Shown here piece after piece: positions 33,627 through 43,740 of a stretch of 64,000 nucleotides of DNA. How positions within the stretch are numbered: the stretch's first letter is position 1; each line of letters opens with the position of its first letter. The DNA comes from Thermoanaerobaculia bacterium (lineage in GTDB: Bacteria > Acidobacteriota > Thermoanaerobaculia > Multivoradales > UBA5704), in NCBI GenBank assembly GCA_044226625.1, contig JBGAGQ010000012.1, positions 1 to 64,000 on the forward strand. Direction: 5' to 3'. The notes beneath the pieces were generated by a model. That model did not search any database, had not been told where the DNA came from, and worked only from the letters and a program-made list of their open reading frames with translations. A program made the translations under genes and the position numbers.

Positions 33627-34430
33627 ATGAGCAACCCCTATCTCGATCTGACCGACGAGTTCAATCAGGGGCGCCTGCGGGCTCTCCTTAGCTCGGGCCA
33701 AGCCGTGGTCGTGCACCGACTGGCGATCATGAGCAAGGACGGCGACTGGATCTTGCGCGAGGATGCCGAAGCGCTGCGGCACGTCCTCGAGGTGCTCTCT
33801 GCCAAGAGGGCACAATTGCGTTTCGGAGCGCCGCTCGACCTCCGCTGGTTGGCCGGCGGCTGGAGCTCACACCTGGAATTTCGGAGCGACGAGATTCGCA
33901 TGAGGACGGACTTCGTTACGCGACCTCCGCGGATCGGCGCGGCGAGTTTGGCGCGAATGTGGGCGGAGGCCGAAGCAAGAGGTGACGAGGTCGTTGGAGT
34001 GGAGCCGCTAGCCGCCCTCAAGCTGACCAATCGCGAGAAGGACTACGTGGTCATCGGAGAGCTCGCTCGTTTGATGACCGAGCCGCGAGCCCAACTCCGG
34101 TACTCCCGCAGTAGTCGTGACCTGATCGAGCTTGCCACCAAGCATCCGGAAGCGCTGGCCGAGGTCGAAGCCGAACGGCCGCTTCTCCGTCGGATCTCGG
34201 AAGGTCGAGAGGCTTTAGACGAGGCGCTCGACCAGGAAAGACGAACGCTCATTCGGGCGAACGAAGCGCGCCTCGACCGTTACCTCGCGGCCGCTCGAGC
34301 CTGGCGCGAGATCTGGCCGGACGTTCAGAGGGAGATCGAGGACCGACCTCTCGCCGAAGCCAACGCCTTCATGGCGTCGCGGGCCGAAGGGATCCTTCCC
34401 TTCGAACCTGCGTCCGGGGAAGATCTGTGA
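33627..34430 (+). CDS. hypothetical protein, putative nucleotidyltransferase fold
   Basis: SGQAV...H....SKDGDW resembles the GGxA...H...T.D.D pol-beta/MNT signature; LKLTNREKD resembles K....R.KD. Confidence 0.55.
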   Translation: MSNPYLDLTDEFNQGRLRALLSSGQAVVVHRLAIMSKDGDWILREDAEALRHVLEVLSAKRAQLRFGAPLDLRWLAGGWSSHLEFRSDEIRMRTDFVTRPPRIGAASLARMWAEAEARGDEVVGVEPLAALKLTNREKDYVVIGELARLMTEPRAQLRYSRSSRDLIELATKHPEALAEVEAERPLLRRISEGREALDEALDQERRTLIRANEARLDRYLAAARAWREIWPDVQREIEDRPLAEANAFMASRAEGILPFEPASGEDL

Positions 34431-34642
34431 CCGGCATGCGCGACGAGTTCTTGAGCGAAGAAGACCTCGACCTTCGGAATCTCTCGGAGACCGAGCTGAT
34501 CGCCGTTTGGAACCTTTGGTTGCGACAGGCGCAGGCGACGAACGATCTCGACGCGGCGCTCTATTCGCATGGAGTCTTCGACTTCGATCCGGCGCCTCAT
34601 CCCACATCGCGGCTGGGAGGCCGGGAGCTGCGTAAAGACTGA
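34427..34642 (+). CDS. small acidic hypothetical protein
   Basis: 71 aa; GTGA start/stop overlap with the upstream ORF. Confidence 0.55.
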   Translation: MTGMRDEFLSEEDLDLRNLSETELIAVWNLWLRQAQATNDLDAALYSHGVFDFDPAPHPTSRLGGRELRKD

Positions 34643-34694
34643 CTCGCCGCCGCCCGGTGCGCTCAAACGGGCGCGCGAGACCTCACGCCGCTGG

Positions 34695-37600
34695 TTAAGG
34701 CCGATCCCTGGGCGTAGCCAGGATCCTTTCGAGGATGGCGAGATCGAGCGGCTTGACCAGATGGTGGTCGATGCCGGCTTCTTCGGAGCGCCTACGATCG
34801 TCCCGCTGGCCCCAGCCGGTGAGGGCGATCACGCGGACCGCGTCGTTCGACGAGCGTTGGCGGATCCGGCGGGCGACCTCGTAGCCGTCCATGCCGGGCA
34901 GGCCGATGTCGAGCAGCACGACGCTCGGCGCGTAGGTTTCGAGCGCATCGAGCGCCTCCGCCCCGTCCCGGGCGGTGCGGACGTCGGCGCCGAGGAACCG
35001 GAGGAGCATGCCGAGGCTTTCGGCCGCGTCGTGGTTGTCGTCGACCACCAGGATGCGATGCTGGGCTACCGCGCTCGGCGGCAAGGCGGGCGGCGGATCG
35101 GACTGCAGCGATCCCGCCGGGCCCGCCGCGAGCGGCAGCCGCACCACGAACTCGCTTCCCTGCCCGAGGCCGTCGCTCTTCGCCTCGACCCGGCCGCCGT
35201 GCAAGTCGACCAGGCTGCGGACGAGGGTCAGGCCGATCCCTAGGCCTCCCTGGGATCGCCCGTAGCTGCGTTCCCCCTGGGCGAACAGGTCGAACACCGA
35301 AGGCAGCATGTCGCCGTCGATGCCCGTCCCGTCATCCCGGACCGACACCACGGCGAACGCGCCTTCGCGTTGCGCGGTGAGCCAGATCCGGCCCCCGTCC
35401 TCGGTGTATTTCGCGGCGTTGTTCAGCAGATTGGCCAGCACCTGGGCCAGCCGCACGGGGTCGGCTTCCAGGAGCATCGTCTCGGGCGCCAGGTCCAGGG
35501 TAAGCCGATGCCCGGAGGCGTCGATCAGCGGCCGGCTCGTCTCGACGGCGCTGCGGACGACGTCGGCGAGGTCGACCCGCTCCCTCTTGAGCTCGACCTT
35601 GCCGCGGGTGATCCGCGAGACTTCCATCAGGTCGTCCACCAGGCGGATCAGGTGGTCGACCTGCCGTTCCATGACGGCGTGGACCTGCTCGGCGACCTCG
35701 CCGTCGCCTCGCGCCAGGCGCAGCGTTTCGAGTCCGGTGCGGATCGGGGCGAGCGGGTTGCGCAGCTCGTGGGCCAGCGTCGCGAGGAACTCGTCCTTGC
35801 GCCGATCCGCCTCGCGCAAGCCGTCGGTGATCCGGGCTTCATGATCCCGGCGCAGCCGCGCCATCTCGAGGCGGGCGCCCACCCGTGCGAGCAGCTCGCG
35901 CGCGGAAAACGGCTTGACCAGGTAATCGTCGGCCCCCGCCTGCATCCCCTCCACATGCGCCTCCTCGCCGGCGCGGGCGGAGAGCAGGATCACCGGGAGC
36001 GTGCGCGTCCGTTCGTCGGACCGGAGCGCGCGCAGCAGTCCGAAGCCGTCCAAGCCCGGCATCATCACGTCCGCGAGGACGAGCTCGGGGAGCCGGCGCT
36101 CGACGGCGGCGAGCGCCGCCTCGCCGTCTGACACGACCTCCACGTCGTAGAGCGAGCCCAGCAGTCGACCGACATAGGCGCGCATGTCGGCGTTGTCGTC
36201 GGCCCAGACGATGCGCGGCCGCTCCGCGGATCCCGGCCGGGCGACGGTCGTCGGCGCGTCGACGATGCCCGCGGGCCACCGCTCGGGGATCTCGGTTTCG
36301 CGCGGCAGCCAGCTCAAGGTCTCTTCGAGGAAGGAGTCGGCCGCCGAGACCGAGGCCGCCGAGGCCCCGGAGACCACCGATCCGCCGCCGCTCGCGATCC
36401 GGTCCACCGGGAGGTGGGCGATCCCCTTGGGCAGCACGACCGAGAACGTGCTTCCTACGCCGACCGCGCTTCGAACCGAGACGCCACCGCCGTGCAGCCG
36501 AACCAGCTCGCGGACCATCGCCAAGCCGATCCCGGTTCCCTCGTGGGTGCGGGCCCGCACCCCCTCGATGCGATGGAAGCGGTCGAAGACGTGCGGCAGG
36601 TGGCTCTCGGCGATCCCCGTGCCCGTGTCGCGCACCGATAGCTCGACGCCGGCCCCGGCGTCCCGCAACCGGACCTCGATCTCCCCTTCGAGGGTGAACT
36701 TGAAGGCGTTGGAGACGAGGTTCAGCACGATCTTCTCGTACATGTCCCGGTCGACGTAGACCGGTTCGTCGAGAGGCGGGCAATCGACGATCAGGCGCAT
36801 CCCCGCCCTCTCCACGGCCGAGCGAAAGACGCTCGCGAGCTCCACCGTGAGCTCCGCCAGATCGGTCGGCACGTAGGTCGCCTGGATGCGGCCGGCCTCG
36901 ATGCGCGCAAAATCGAGCAGCGAGTTGACGAGCTTCTGCAGACGACGGACATTGCGGTGGAGCATCTCCACCCGTTCGCGCGGCCACACGGAATCGGCCT
37001 CGCCGAGCAGCGCGTCTTCGAGCGGGCCCAGGATCAGCGTCAACGGGGTGCGGAGCTCGTGGCTCACGTTCGAGAAAAAGACGGTCTTCGCCCGGTCGAT
37101 CTCGGCCAGCGCGTCGGCCCGCCGGCGCTCCGCCTCGTAGGCGCGAGCGTTGGCGATCGAGGTGGCGATCTGTCCCGCGAGCAGCTCATAGAAGCCGAGG
37201 TAGGGCTCGTCGAACTTCAGCCGGGCGCTCACGCCCGCGACCATGACCCCGGCCAGCCGGTGGGCGAGGTTCGACCGGATAGGCACCATCACGGCGTACT
37301 GCGGAGGGTCGGACCAGGGACCGGCGGGAACGTTGCCGCCGAAACGTCCGGCCAGGTCGCCGACGACGGACACCGCGGCCGTGCGTACCGCGTCGGCGAA
37401 CGGCCAGGGACCCTCCAAGGCGCCGAGCTCGACGCGCCCGGGGCAGCCCTCGGTCTCGGCCTCACAGCCGAAAAACCCGGCCAGCGCGGCCGCCTCGCCG
37501 TTCTCGTCGATCCGCTCGTCGATCAGATAGAGGAGGGCGAACGGGACGTCCTTGTCGTAGGCGGCCAGGGTCTCCGCGGCGATCCGGCACGCCTCCTCCG

Positions 37601-38159
37601 CGGTCCTGGCCTGTCCCGCGCGCGCGCCGAGATCGCGCAACGCCCTCACCCGGCGCTCTCCGACGACCTTCTCGGTGATCTCGTGCACCGCGGCGAGGAC
37701 GCCGCCGATGCCGTTCGGGGCGCTCTCGTCCGGCACCGCGCTGTAGGCGATGGCGAAGTGGGTCTCCTCGACGAAGCCGTAGCGGTTGATCTCGAAGAAG
37801 ATGTCCTCGTCCCAGGTCGCCGGTCCGCCGCGGAACGGAGTATCGATCAGCGGTTCGAGGAGATCCCAGATCTCGCTCCAGCACTCCCGGACCGGGCGCC
37901 CCAACGCCCACGGATGTTTCGTGCCGAGAATCGGCCGGTACGAGTCGTTGTAGAGCGACACGTACTCCGGTCCCCACCAGAGCAGCATCGGGAAGCGGTT
38001 CGCCAGGAGGATGCGGACCATCATCCGCAGGGCCGGCGACCACGATTCGGTGGGTCCGAGCGGCGTCCGCGACCAGTCGAAGGTCCGGATGCGCTCCTCC
38101 ATCTCCGGACCGGCGGCCGAGCCGCCGGTCGGGGGATCCGTAGCGTCGGTCGAGTTCAT
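34695..38159 (-). CDS. hybrid sensor histidine kinase (PAS-like/GAF - HK - REC - HK - REC)
   Basis: Two H-boxes (SHELRTPL, AHELRNPL), two HATPase domains, two receiver domains (DVMMPGLDG, DIGLPGMDG). Confidence 0.93.
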   Translation of the reverse strand: MNSTDATDPPTGGSAAGPEMEERIRTFDWSRTPLGPTESWSPALRMMVRILLANRFPMLLWWGPEYVSLYNDSYRPILGTKHPWALGRPVRECWSEIWDLLEPLIDTPFRGGPATWDEDIFFEINRYGFVEETHFAIAYSAVPDESAPNGIGGVLAAVHEITEKVVGERRVRALRDLGARAGQARTAEEACRIAAETLAAYDKDVPFALLYLIDERIDENGEAAALAGFFGCEAETEGCPGRVELGALEGPWPFADAVRTAAVSVVGDLAGRFGGNVPAGPWSDPPQYAVMVPIRSNLAHRLAGVMVAGVSARLKFDEPYLGFYELLAGQIATSIANARAYEAERRRADALAEIDRAKTVFFSNVSHELRTPLTLILGPLEDALLGEADSVWPRERVEMLHRNVRRLQKLVNSLLDFARIEAGRIQATYVPTDLAELTVELASVFRSAVERAGMRLIVDCPPLDEPVYVDRDMYEKIVLNLVSNAFKFTLEGEIEVRLRDAGAGVELSVRDTGTGIAESHLPHVFDRFHRIEGVRARTHEGTGIGLAMVRELVRLHGGGVSVRSAVGVGSTFSVVLPKGIAHLPVDRIASGGGSVVSGASAASVSAADSFLEETLSWLPRETEIPERWPAGIVDAPTTVARPGSAERPRIVWADDNADMRAYVGRLLGSLYDVEVVSDGEAALAAVERRLPELVLADVMMPGLDGFGLLRALRSDERTRTLPVILLSARAGEEAHVEGMQAGADDYLVKPFSARELLARVGARLEMARLRRDHEARITDGLREADRRKDEFLATLAHELRNPLAPIRTGLETLRLARGDGEVAEQVHAVMERQVDHLIRLVDDLMEVSRITRGKVELKRERVDLADVVRSAVETSRPLIDASGHRLTLDLAPETMLLEADPVRLAQVLANLLNNAAKYTEDGGRIWLTAQREGAFAVVSVRDDGTGIDGDMLPSVFDLFAQGERSYGRSQGGLGIGLTLVRSLVDLHGGRVEAKSDGLGQGSEFVVRLPLAAGPAGSLQSDPPPALPPSAVAQHRILVVDDNHDAAESLGMLLRFLGADVRTARDGAEALDALETYAPSVVLLDIGLPGMDGYEVARRIRQRSSNDAVRVIALTGWGQRDDRRRSEEAGIDHHLVKPLDLAILERILATPRDRP

Positions 38160-38211
38160 GGGGTTCGAGGGCGATTGCGTTCAGCCGGGGCCGAGCGTCA
38201 CGCCACTCGCT

Positions 38212-39924
38212 TCACGAGATCGGCCGGATGTCCGTCGGCACATCGGAGAGACGGCCGATCGCGGCGCGCAGCTCCGGGCTCGCCTTGCCGTACTTGTCGA
38301 GGAACGCCTTCGTCCCCTCATAGTCGCCCTCTCCCTGGAGGATGAGCAGATCGTGCAGCAGGTCGCGGATCGCGCCGGGGAACTTGTCCGAAACGGCGCG
38401 GAAGCGGCCGGCGGCGTCGACCTCGAGCGCGCCTTTCTCCTCGAGGTAGTTGAACTGGGCGACGACCCCCTGACCGTGCGCGTCGTCGACGCCGAAGCGG
38501 GCGGCGCGGAACAGGCCCGCGACGTAGGTCGGTTCGAGCGCCGTGCGGAGCGCGGCGGGCATCTCTCCCTGCTCGATCAGGGCGAGGATGTCGTAGACGC
38601 CCATCACGTCCGCCTTCGCCTCTTCGACCGTGGAGAAAAGCTCCTTGAGCTCGAGGCGGACCTCCGTCTTCTGGCCGTTCTTGGTGATCGTGCCCGGGCC
38701 GAGGCCGTGCGAGAGCTCGTGGTGGAGCACCTCGTTCAGATAGGCGTCGAACGTGACGAGCGGCACCTGCGCCGGATCGAGCACGCGCTGCGCGATCGGC
38801 GTGAGGATCCGGTCGTACTTGGCGCGCATGAGGTTGCGCAGCAGCACCTTCTTCGAGCCCTTCGCCTCGCGCACCCGCTCGTCGTTGGGGAGGTTGAACG
38901 CGATCGCCGGCACGCCGGCCCGGGCGTCGCCCGCGACGCTCGCCACGTCCACCACGCGGATGGGGCTCTCCGTGCCGCGCTCGAAGTTCTTCATCGCGTC
39001 GGGGATCGGCAGATTGCGCTCGAGCCAGGGGAGCCGCTCCTTGAAGCGGGCGAGCGCCGCGGCCTCCGCCGGCAGGTTCACCGTCACGTACGACTCGAAA
39101 GAAGCCTTGTACCCGAACAGGTCGTCCTCGTAGGTCTCATAGGGACCGATCGTCACCTCGACCGGCGCATCGAGGTCCATCCAGTCGACGTCGCTCTGGA
39201 AATAGTCATCGGAGAGGAAAGCCGCCGCGCGCGAGCGGAGGAACTTCGAGAGCGTGGCGTTCTCGGTGAGGTCGGCCGCCTCGTTGAGGATCCGGGCCGC
39301 CGGCTCCAGCCACTCTCGGTACTCCTTGGAGTACGGGATCGCGACCAGGCGGTCACCCTGGCGCCGGATCACCGTGACGCCCGAGGTGAAGGCCTCTCGG
39401 TCCTCCGGATGCGCGGCGAGCCAGCGCTCGAGCTCCTCCTTCGTGAGGTCCTCGGGATAGAACCCGGCTCCCTTCGGATGGACCGAGTCGCCGAGGAACG
39501 CCTTACGCTCGTCGAGCCGGTCCCACGGTCCGAAGTTCACGGTGAAGAAGTCGCGGGCGGTCTGGGCTTTCGGGCCCTTCCAGCCGGCCATCTCGTCGCG
39601 CAGCGCCGGGCCGCCGGCCCACGCCTGGCGCAGGTAGATCTCGTCGATCAGGCGGGAGACCTCGCCGAGCTTTTCGAGCGCCTTGCGGTCGCGCTCGGAC
39701 AGGGCCGAGAGATCGGGGGTGAGCCGGACGGGGGAGTACTTCGCCAGCCGCTGGTCGATGTCGGGGATCACGCTTGCCTCCGAAAACCGTCCGGGAGCCG
39801 CCGCGCTCCGGGGCGCGGGCGCCGAAGCGCAGGCCGAGAGGAGGGCGACCGCCATGGCCCCCGAAAGAACGACGGCGGGAAAGGCCGCGAGCGGCCGGAA
39901 GTTCGAGGTCGTCGGTGCGTTCAT
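38212..39924 (-). CDS. M49 (dipeptidyl peptidase III-like) zinc peptidase, lipoprotein
   Basis: HELSHGLG, EEAKAD, NLPND; lipobox LSAC; AAGGAG RBS before ATG 39924. Confidence 0.82.
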   Translation of the reverse strand: MNAPTTSNFRPLAAFPAVVLSGAMAVALLSACASAPAPRSAAAPGRFSEASVIPDIDQRLAKYSPVRLTPDLSALSERDRKALEKLGEVSRLIDEIYLRQAWAGGPALRDEMAGWKGPKAQTARDFFTVNFGPWDRLDERKAFLGDSVHPKGAGFYPEDLTKEELERWLAAHPEDREAFTSGVTVIRRQGDRLVAIPYSKEYREWLEPAARILNEAADLTENATLSKFLRSRAAAFLSDDYFQSDVDWMDLDAPVEVTIGPYETYEDDLFGYKASFESYVTVNLPAEAAALARFKERLPWLERNLPIPDAMKNFERGTESPIRVVDVASVAGDARAGVPAIAFNLPNDERVREAKGSKKVLLRNLMRAKYDRILTPIAQRVLDPAQVPLVTFDAYLNEVLHHELSHGLGPGTITKNGQKTEVRLELKELFSTVEEAKADVMGVYDILALIEQGEMPAALRTALEPTYVAGLFRAARFGVDDAHGQGVVAQFNYLEEKGALEVDAAGRFRAVSDKFPGAIRDLLHDLLILQGEGDYEGTKAFLDKYGKASPELRAAIGRLSDVPTDIRPIS

Positions 39925-40209
39925 CGGAATCTCCTTCCCCTGCCGGGGTTGGAGCAAAGGATCTCACACCGCGCGGGCCCGGAGGCTCCCGGCCGCAGGA
40001 GAGCCTCGAGGAGCCGGCGAAGGTAGCGAAAATCTTTGCGCGAATCGAGCTGCTCGACTACCGGATGCCCAAGGGAAGCTCTTTCGCGCTTCCTTCGCAC
40101 CTTGTCATCGCGGATTGGGGGGGCTTAAGGCTCTTGAAAGCTAGAATCCGCGCAGAAGCTTGTCCCCGGGTCACCTTCGGCCCGGACCCCCTTCAAGGAG
40201 GAGCGCATC

Positions 40210-40410
40210 GTGCAGAGGAAGAATAAGAAGCTCAATCTCGGCCGAGAGACTCTCATCGCATTGGACTTGCATCAGATCGCGGGGGGGTTCGGCTCGGGCA
40301 CGGTCAACTGCACCACCTTGATCTCGACGGTTTGCACCAACACGTGCCCGAGTGATTGCCCGACGTGTTTCTCTGATGTGCCGGACTGGACCTGTTTTCC
40401 CCGAGGCTGA
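40210..40410 (+). CDS. putative RiPP (lanthipeptide-like) precursor peptide 1
   Basis: AAGGAGGAG RBS; leader KKLNLGRETLIAL...IAGG; core with 6 Cys and many Thr/Ser. Confidence 0.75.
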   Translation: MQRKNKKLNLGRETLIALDLHQIAGGFGSGTVNCTTLISTVCTNTCPSDCPTCFSDVPDWTCFPRG

Positions 40411-40473
40411 GCCCGTCTTCGGCCCGGCTCCGAGAACCGCTCGAGCCCCTCGAAGCCGGCTACCGGGTCGAGC

Positions 40474-41133
40474 TCAAACTCCCGGCCGAATCCAGGCGCG
40501 GGCGGCGAGCGCCAGGAACTCCCGCCCTTCGAGCAGCCGGGCTCGGTCGTCGCCGAGGTCCTCGAAGAGGAGGGCGATCGACAGCTCGTGGCCGGACTCC
40601 TCGAGCAGCGACTGCAGCGTGGGGGAAAGGTCGTCCGGGCCGTAGATCCAGGTCTCGACCGAGGCGATGTGAGGGGCGGTCACCGCCTCTCCGGCGACCC
40701 GGCGCGGCTCCAGGCGCTGGACCTCGCGTTGACTGTAGCGCAGCGCAGGGGGTGCCCCGAGGAGGACCAGCGCCTGGCCGCGCGGTGTGAGCGAGCCGCG
40801 GCGGTCTCCTCCCGCGTAGAGGTTGTCGGCCGCCGCCACCCGGTCGTTGAAGGTGATCAGGGCCGGGTTGCCGGGAACCGCGGGGTCGGGATCGCGGCGC
40901 TGCCAGAAGCGATCGATCGCCGCGAGCACCGCCCGGTCGTCGCGCAGGCGCCGGATCTCTCCGGCCTCGTCCGGGAGGAGGAGCCAGCGCGCCGGCCCCT
41001 CGGCCCAGGCGCGCGCGGCGCCGGCCGGGCTTCCGGCCGAGGCGCAGGCGAACAGGCCCACGAGCAGCAGGACCGCGTAGCCGCGTTTCGGCGCGATCGC
41101 CGCCACCGCAGAAAGGACGAGCGAGGCGTCCAT
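40474..41133 (-). CDS. GWxTD-domain protein (degenerate motif)
   Basis: FWQRRDPDP...NP...RV..A...GSLTPRG..L.LG.P pattern; N-terminal signal/lipobox-like segment. Confidence 0.7.
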   Translation of the reverse strand: MDASLVLSAVAAIAPKRGYAVLLLVGLFACASAGSPAGAARAWAEGPARWLLLPDEAGEIRRLRDDRAVLAAIDRFWQRRDPDPAVPGNPALITFNDRVAAADNLYAGGDRRGSLTPRGQALVLLGAPPALRYSQREVQRLEPRRVAGEAVTAPHIASVETWIYGPDDLSPTLQSLLEESGHELSIALLFEDLGDDRARLLEGREFLALAARAWIRPGV

Positions 41134-41137
41134 GGCC

Positions 41138-41419
41138 TCAGTGGACGTTGTCGTCCCCCTCCGGGCCGGGTGCCTCGGGGATCGGTCCGAAGGTCTGCTC
41201 GTAGCGTTCGAGGTTGGTCGCGAGCGCCCGGACGATGCGCTTGAGATGCCCCGGGCTGGTGATCACGCGGGCGGCGACGATCCCCTGCGGCGGCACCAGA
41301 TTGACGAAATCGAGGATGAACTCCTCTTGGGTGTGGAGGATGCGCAGCAGGTTCGAGTAGCGCCCCTTGAGCTCGTCGTCCTCGATCTTGATGTTGAGCG
41401 CTTCGTCGGTGGGCGGCAC
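41138..41419 (-). CDS. DUF3467-like small protein
   Basis: GRYSN...HTQEEFILDF...RVITSPGHLKR; AGGAGG RBS. Confidence 0.8.
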   Translation of the reverse strand: MPPTDEALNIKIEDDELKGRYSNLLRILHTQEEFILDFVNLVPPQGIVAARVITSPGHLKRIVRALATNLERYEQTFGPIPEAPGPEGDDNVH

Positions 41420-41536
41420 GGTTTCCTAGCCTCCTTAGAAGAGTGGGCGCGCGGCGGGCTGCTCCGCCGCGGCGCAGGGGCGGAGCCTGCCGGCCGAAAC
41501 CGGGCATCGCCGCAACCTCCGCTCGAGCTCTTTCGA

Positions 41537-42844
41537 TCAGTCTACACCCGCTCCCGGTCCCTCGTCGGCAGCCCAGGCGATCCCCCCCTCGAAGTCGAAT
41601 CGATGCTCGGGGAAGTACACCCCTTCGCCGCGCTCGCGGGAGGTGACCGTGAACCCGAGCACCTTGCGCCGGTAGTCGTAGGGAGCGCCGTCGCGGGCGT
41701 GGACGGCGACGTCGACCAGGTATTCGCCGGGCGCGAGACGAAGCGAGGGGCAGTGGATCCGCACCCGCCCCTCCCCTTCCAGCCGCTCCGGTCGCCAGCC
41801 GGCGAGGTCGGTATTCGTTCCCCAGCAGGCGATGCCGCGCGGGGTGGCGATTGCAATGCCGAAGACGAAATCCTCGAGCGGCCGGCCGGCTCGCACGACG
41901 ATCTCGAAGGTCGCCGGAGCGCCCGATTCGAGCAGGTGGCGCTCCTCGGCTTCGGCGCCCTCCCCGACGCGCAGCCGGACGGCGACGATCTCCGCCTCGC
42001 GCGAGCCCCAGCGCAGCGGCTCGGTTTCGCCTTCTCCGGTTTCCTCGGGGGCCTTCTCGCCCTGGGCGCGATGCTCCCCCTCCTCGCGCTCGGCGACCTC
42101 TTGCCGGTAGGCGTCGATCGCCCGCCGCGGGTTGCCCACCAGGCGCTGCTTGCCCCCTTCGAGCCAGAGCGCGCGGTCGCAGAGACCCGCGACCAGGTCG
42201 AGCGAGTGGGAGACGAAGAGGACCGTCTTGCCCTGGACCAGGAGCTCTTCGATGCGCCGCAGACAGCGGTGGGAAAACTGCTCGTCGCCGACCGCGAGCA
42301 CCTCGTCGACCAAGAGGATGTCGGGATCGGTGTGGATCGCCACCGAGAAGCCGAGCCGCACGTACATGCCGGAGGAGTAGTTCTTGACCGGCTCCGCCAT
42401 GAAATCGGCGAGCCCCGAGAACTCGACGATCTCGTCGTACCGGCGGTCGATCTCCTTCCGCGAAAGCCCGAGCACGGCGCCGTTGATGTAGACGTTCTCG
42501 CGCCCCGAGATTTCCGGGTGGAAACCCGCGCCGAGCTCGATCAACGCGGCGACCCGGCCGGCGACCTCGACGCGCCCGGAGGTCGGCCGGATCATCCCGG
42601 CGATCAGCTTGAGCAGCGTCGACTTGCCCGAGCCGTTGCCGCCGACCACGCCGAACGCCTCGCCCCGCCCGACCGTGAAATCGATCCCGTCGAGCGCCAC
42701 GATCGCCTCACCGCGCGTGAGATTCCGCGTCAGGCTGCGCTCGACGAGCGCGCTCTTCAAGGTCCGGAACTGGTCGCGGGGGGCGGTCCGCCGATAGAGC
42801 TTGACCAGCCCTTCGACCCGGATCGCGGGATCGGATCCGCTCAC
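41537..42844 (-). CDS. wzt: polysaccharide ABC transporter ATPase (Wzt) with C-terminal carbohydrate-binding domain
   Basis: GGNGSGKST, ELGAGFHPE, YSSGMYVRLGF, LVDEVLAVGD; GTG overlaps the wzm stop. Confidence 0.88.
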   Translation of the reverse strand: MSGSDPAIRVEGLVKLYRRTAPRDQFRTLKSALVERSLTRNLTRGEAIVALDGIDFTVGRGEAFGVVGGNGSGKSTLLKLIAGMIRPTSGRVEVAGRVAALIELGAGFHPEISGRENVYINGAVLGLSRKEIDRRYDEIVEFSGLADFMAEPVKNYSSGMYVRLGFSVAIHTDPDILLVDEVLAVGDEQFSHRCLRRIEELLVQGKTVLFVSHSLDLVAGLCDRALWLEGGKQRLVGNPRRAIDAYRQEVAEREEGEHRAQGEKAPEETGEGETEPLRWGSREAEIVAVRLRVGEGAEAEERHLLESGAPATFEIVVRAGRPLEDFVFGIAIATPRGIACWGTNTDLAGWRPERLEGEGRVRIHCPSLRLAPGEYLVDVAVHARDGAPYDYRRKVLGFTVTSRERGEGVYFPEHRFDFEGGIAWAADEGPGAGVD

Positions 42845-43644
42845 GCGGCCTCCACGAGCGTCTCGCGCAGACGGTCGAACAGCCATGCGCCGGCGCACCA
42901 GGCGAGCGCCGAGACGACGACCATGTGCAACCAGAGGGAGGGCTCCGGCATCCGGCCTTCGAAGATGGTCCGCTGGTAGGCGAGCGCGAACGGCGCGAAC
43001 GGATTCGCGCGGATCGCGAGCTGCACCTTGGGCAGCGCGACGAGCGCTTCGATTCGATAGAGGATCGGGGTGAGGAAGAACCCGAGCGCGAGCAGGTTCG
43101 TGAGCAGGTCGCGGACGTCCTTGAAATGGACGTTCAGCGCCGCGAGCCCGAGCGCGAGCCCGGCCACCAGCGGCACCTCGAGCAGGACCACCGCCGGAGC
43201 GAGGAGAGACGGCCACCCCCCGACCGGATGGCCGTAGGCGCGACCGACGAAGATCGCCCCGACGAGGATCGGCGTCGCGAGCAACAGATGGAACAGGTTC
43301 GAGAGGACCGCGACCGCGGGGAGCAGCTCAACGGGAAAAACCGCCTTCCTCAAGAGGCCGGAGTTGGCGGTGAGCGACACCGTTCCTTCGAGCAACGAGG
43401 TCGACAGCCAGATCCACGGAAAGAGGCCGCTCACCACGAACAGCGAATAAGGGTCGGCGCCGGAGACCCGGGGCCGGAAGATGACGGAAAAGACGAACGT
43501 GTAGACGCCGAGCAGGAGCAGCGGATTGGCCAGCGACCAGAGGTAGCCGAGCGCCGAGCCGCGATAGCGCGCCGCGAGCTCGCGGGTGGTGAGCGTCCAT
43601 AGCAGCGCGCGGAAACGGAAGATCTGGGCGGCGACCTGGAACAT
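42841..43644 (-). CDS. wzm: polysaccharide ABC transporter permease (Wzm)
   Basis: RYRGSALGYLWSL.NPLL, FFLTPILY, NPF. Confidence 0.88.
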   Translation of the reverse strand: MFQVAAQIFRFRALLWTLTTRELAARYRGSALGYLWSLANPLLLLGVYTFVFSVIFRPRVSGADPYSLFVVSGLFPWIWLSTSLLEGTVSLTANSGLLRKAVFPVELLPAVAVLSNLFHLLLATPILVGAIFVGRAYGHPVGGWPSLLAPAVVLLEVPLVAGLALGLAALNVHFKDVRDLLTNLLALGFFLTPILYRIEALVALPKVQLAIRANPFAPFALAYQRTIFEGRMPEPSLWLHMVVVSALAWCAGAWLFDRLRETLVEAA

Positions 43645-43740
43645 GGCGGAGGGCCGATCTTGTCACGAGAGTCCGCATGCCCTCGTTTCCCGCCGGGTTT
43701 GCCGAGCGGCCGGCGGCACCGGCCGCCGGCCGTTTCGACC

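Noticed and set aside
41537-43644. ABC transporter as exporter of precursor 2
   Set aside because: Motifs are those of Wzm/Wzt glycan exporters, with no C39 peptidase domain.
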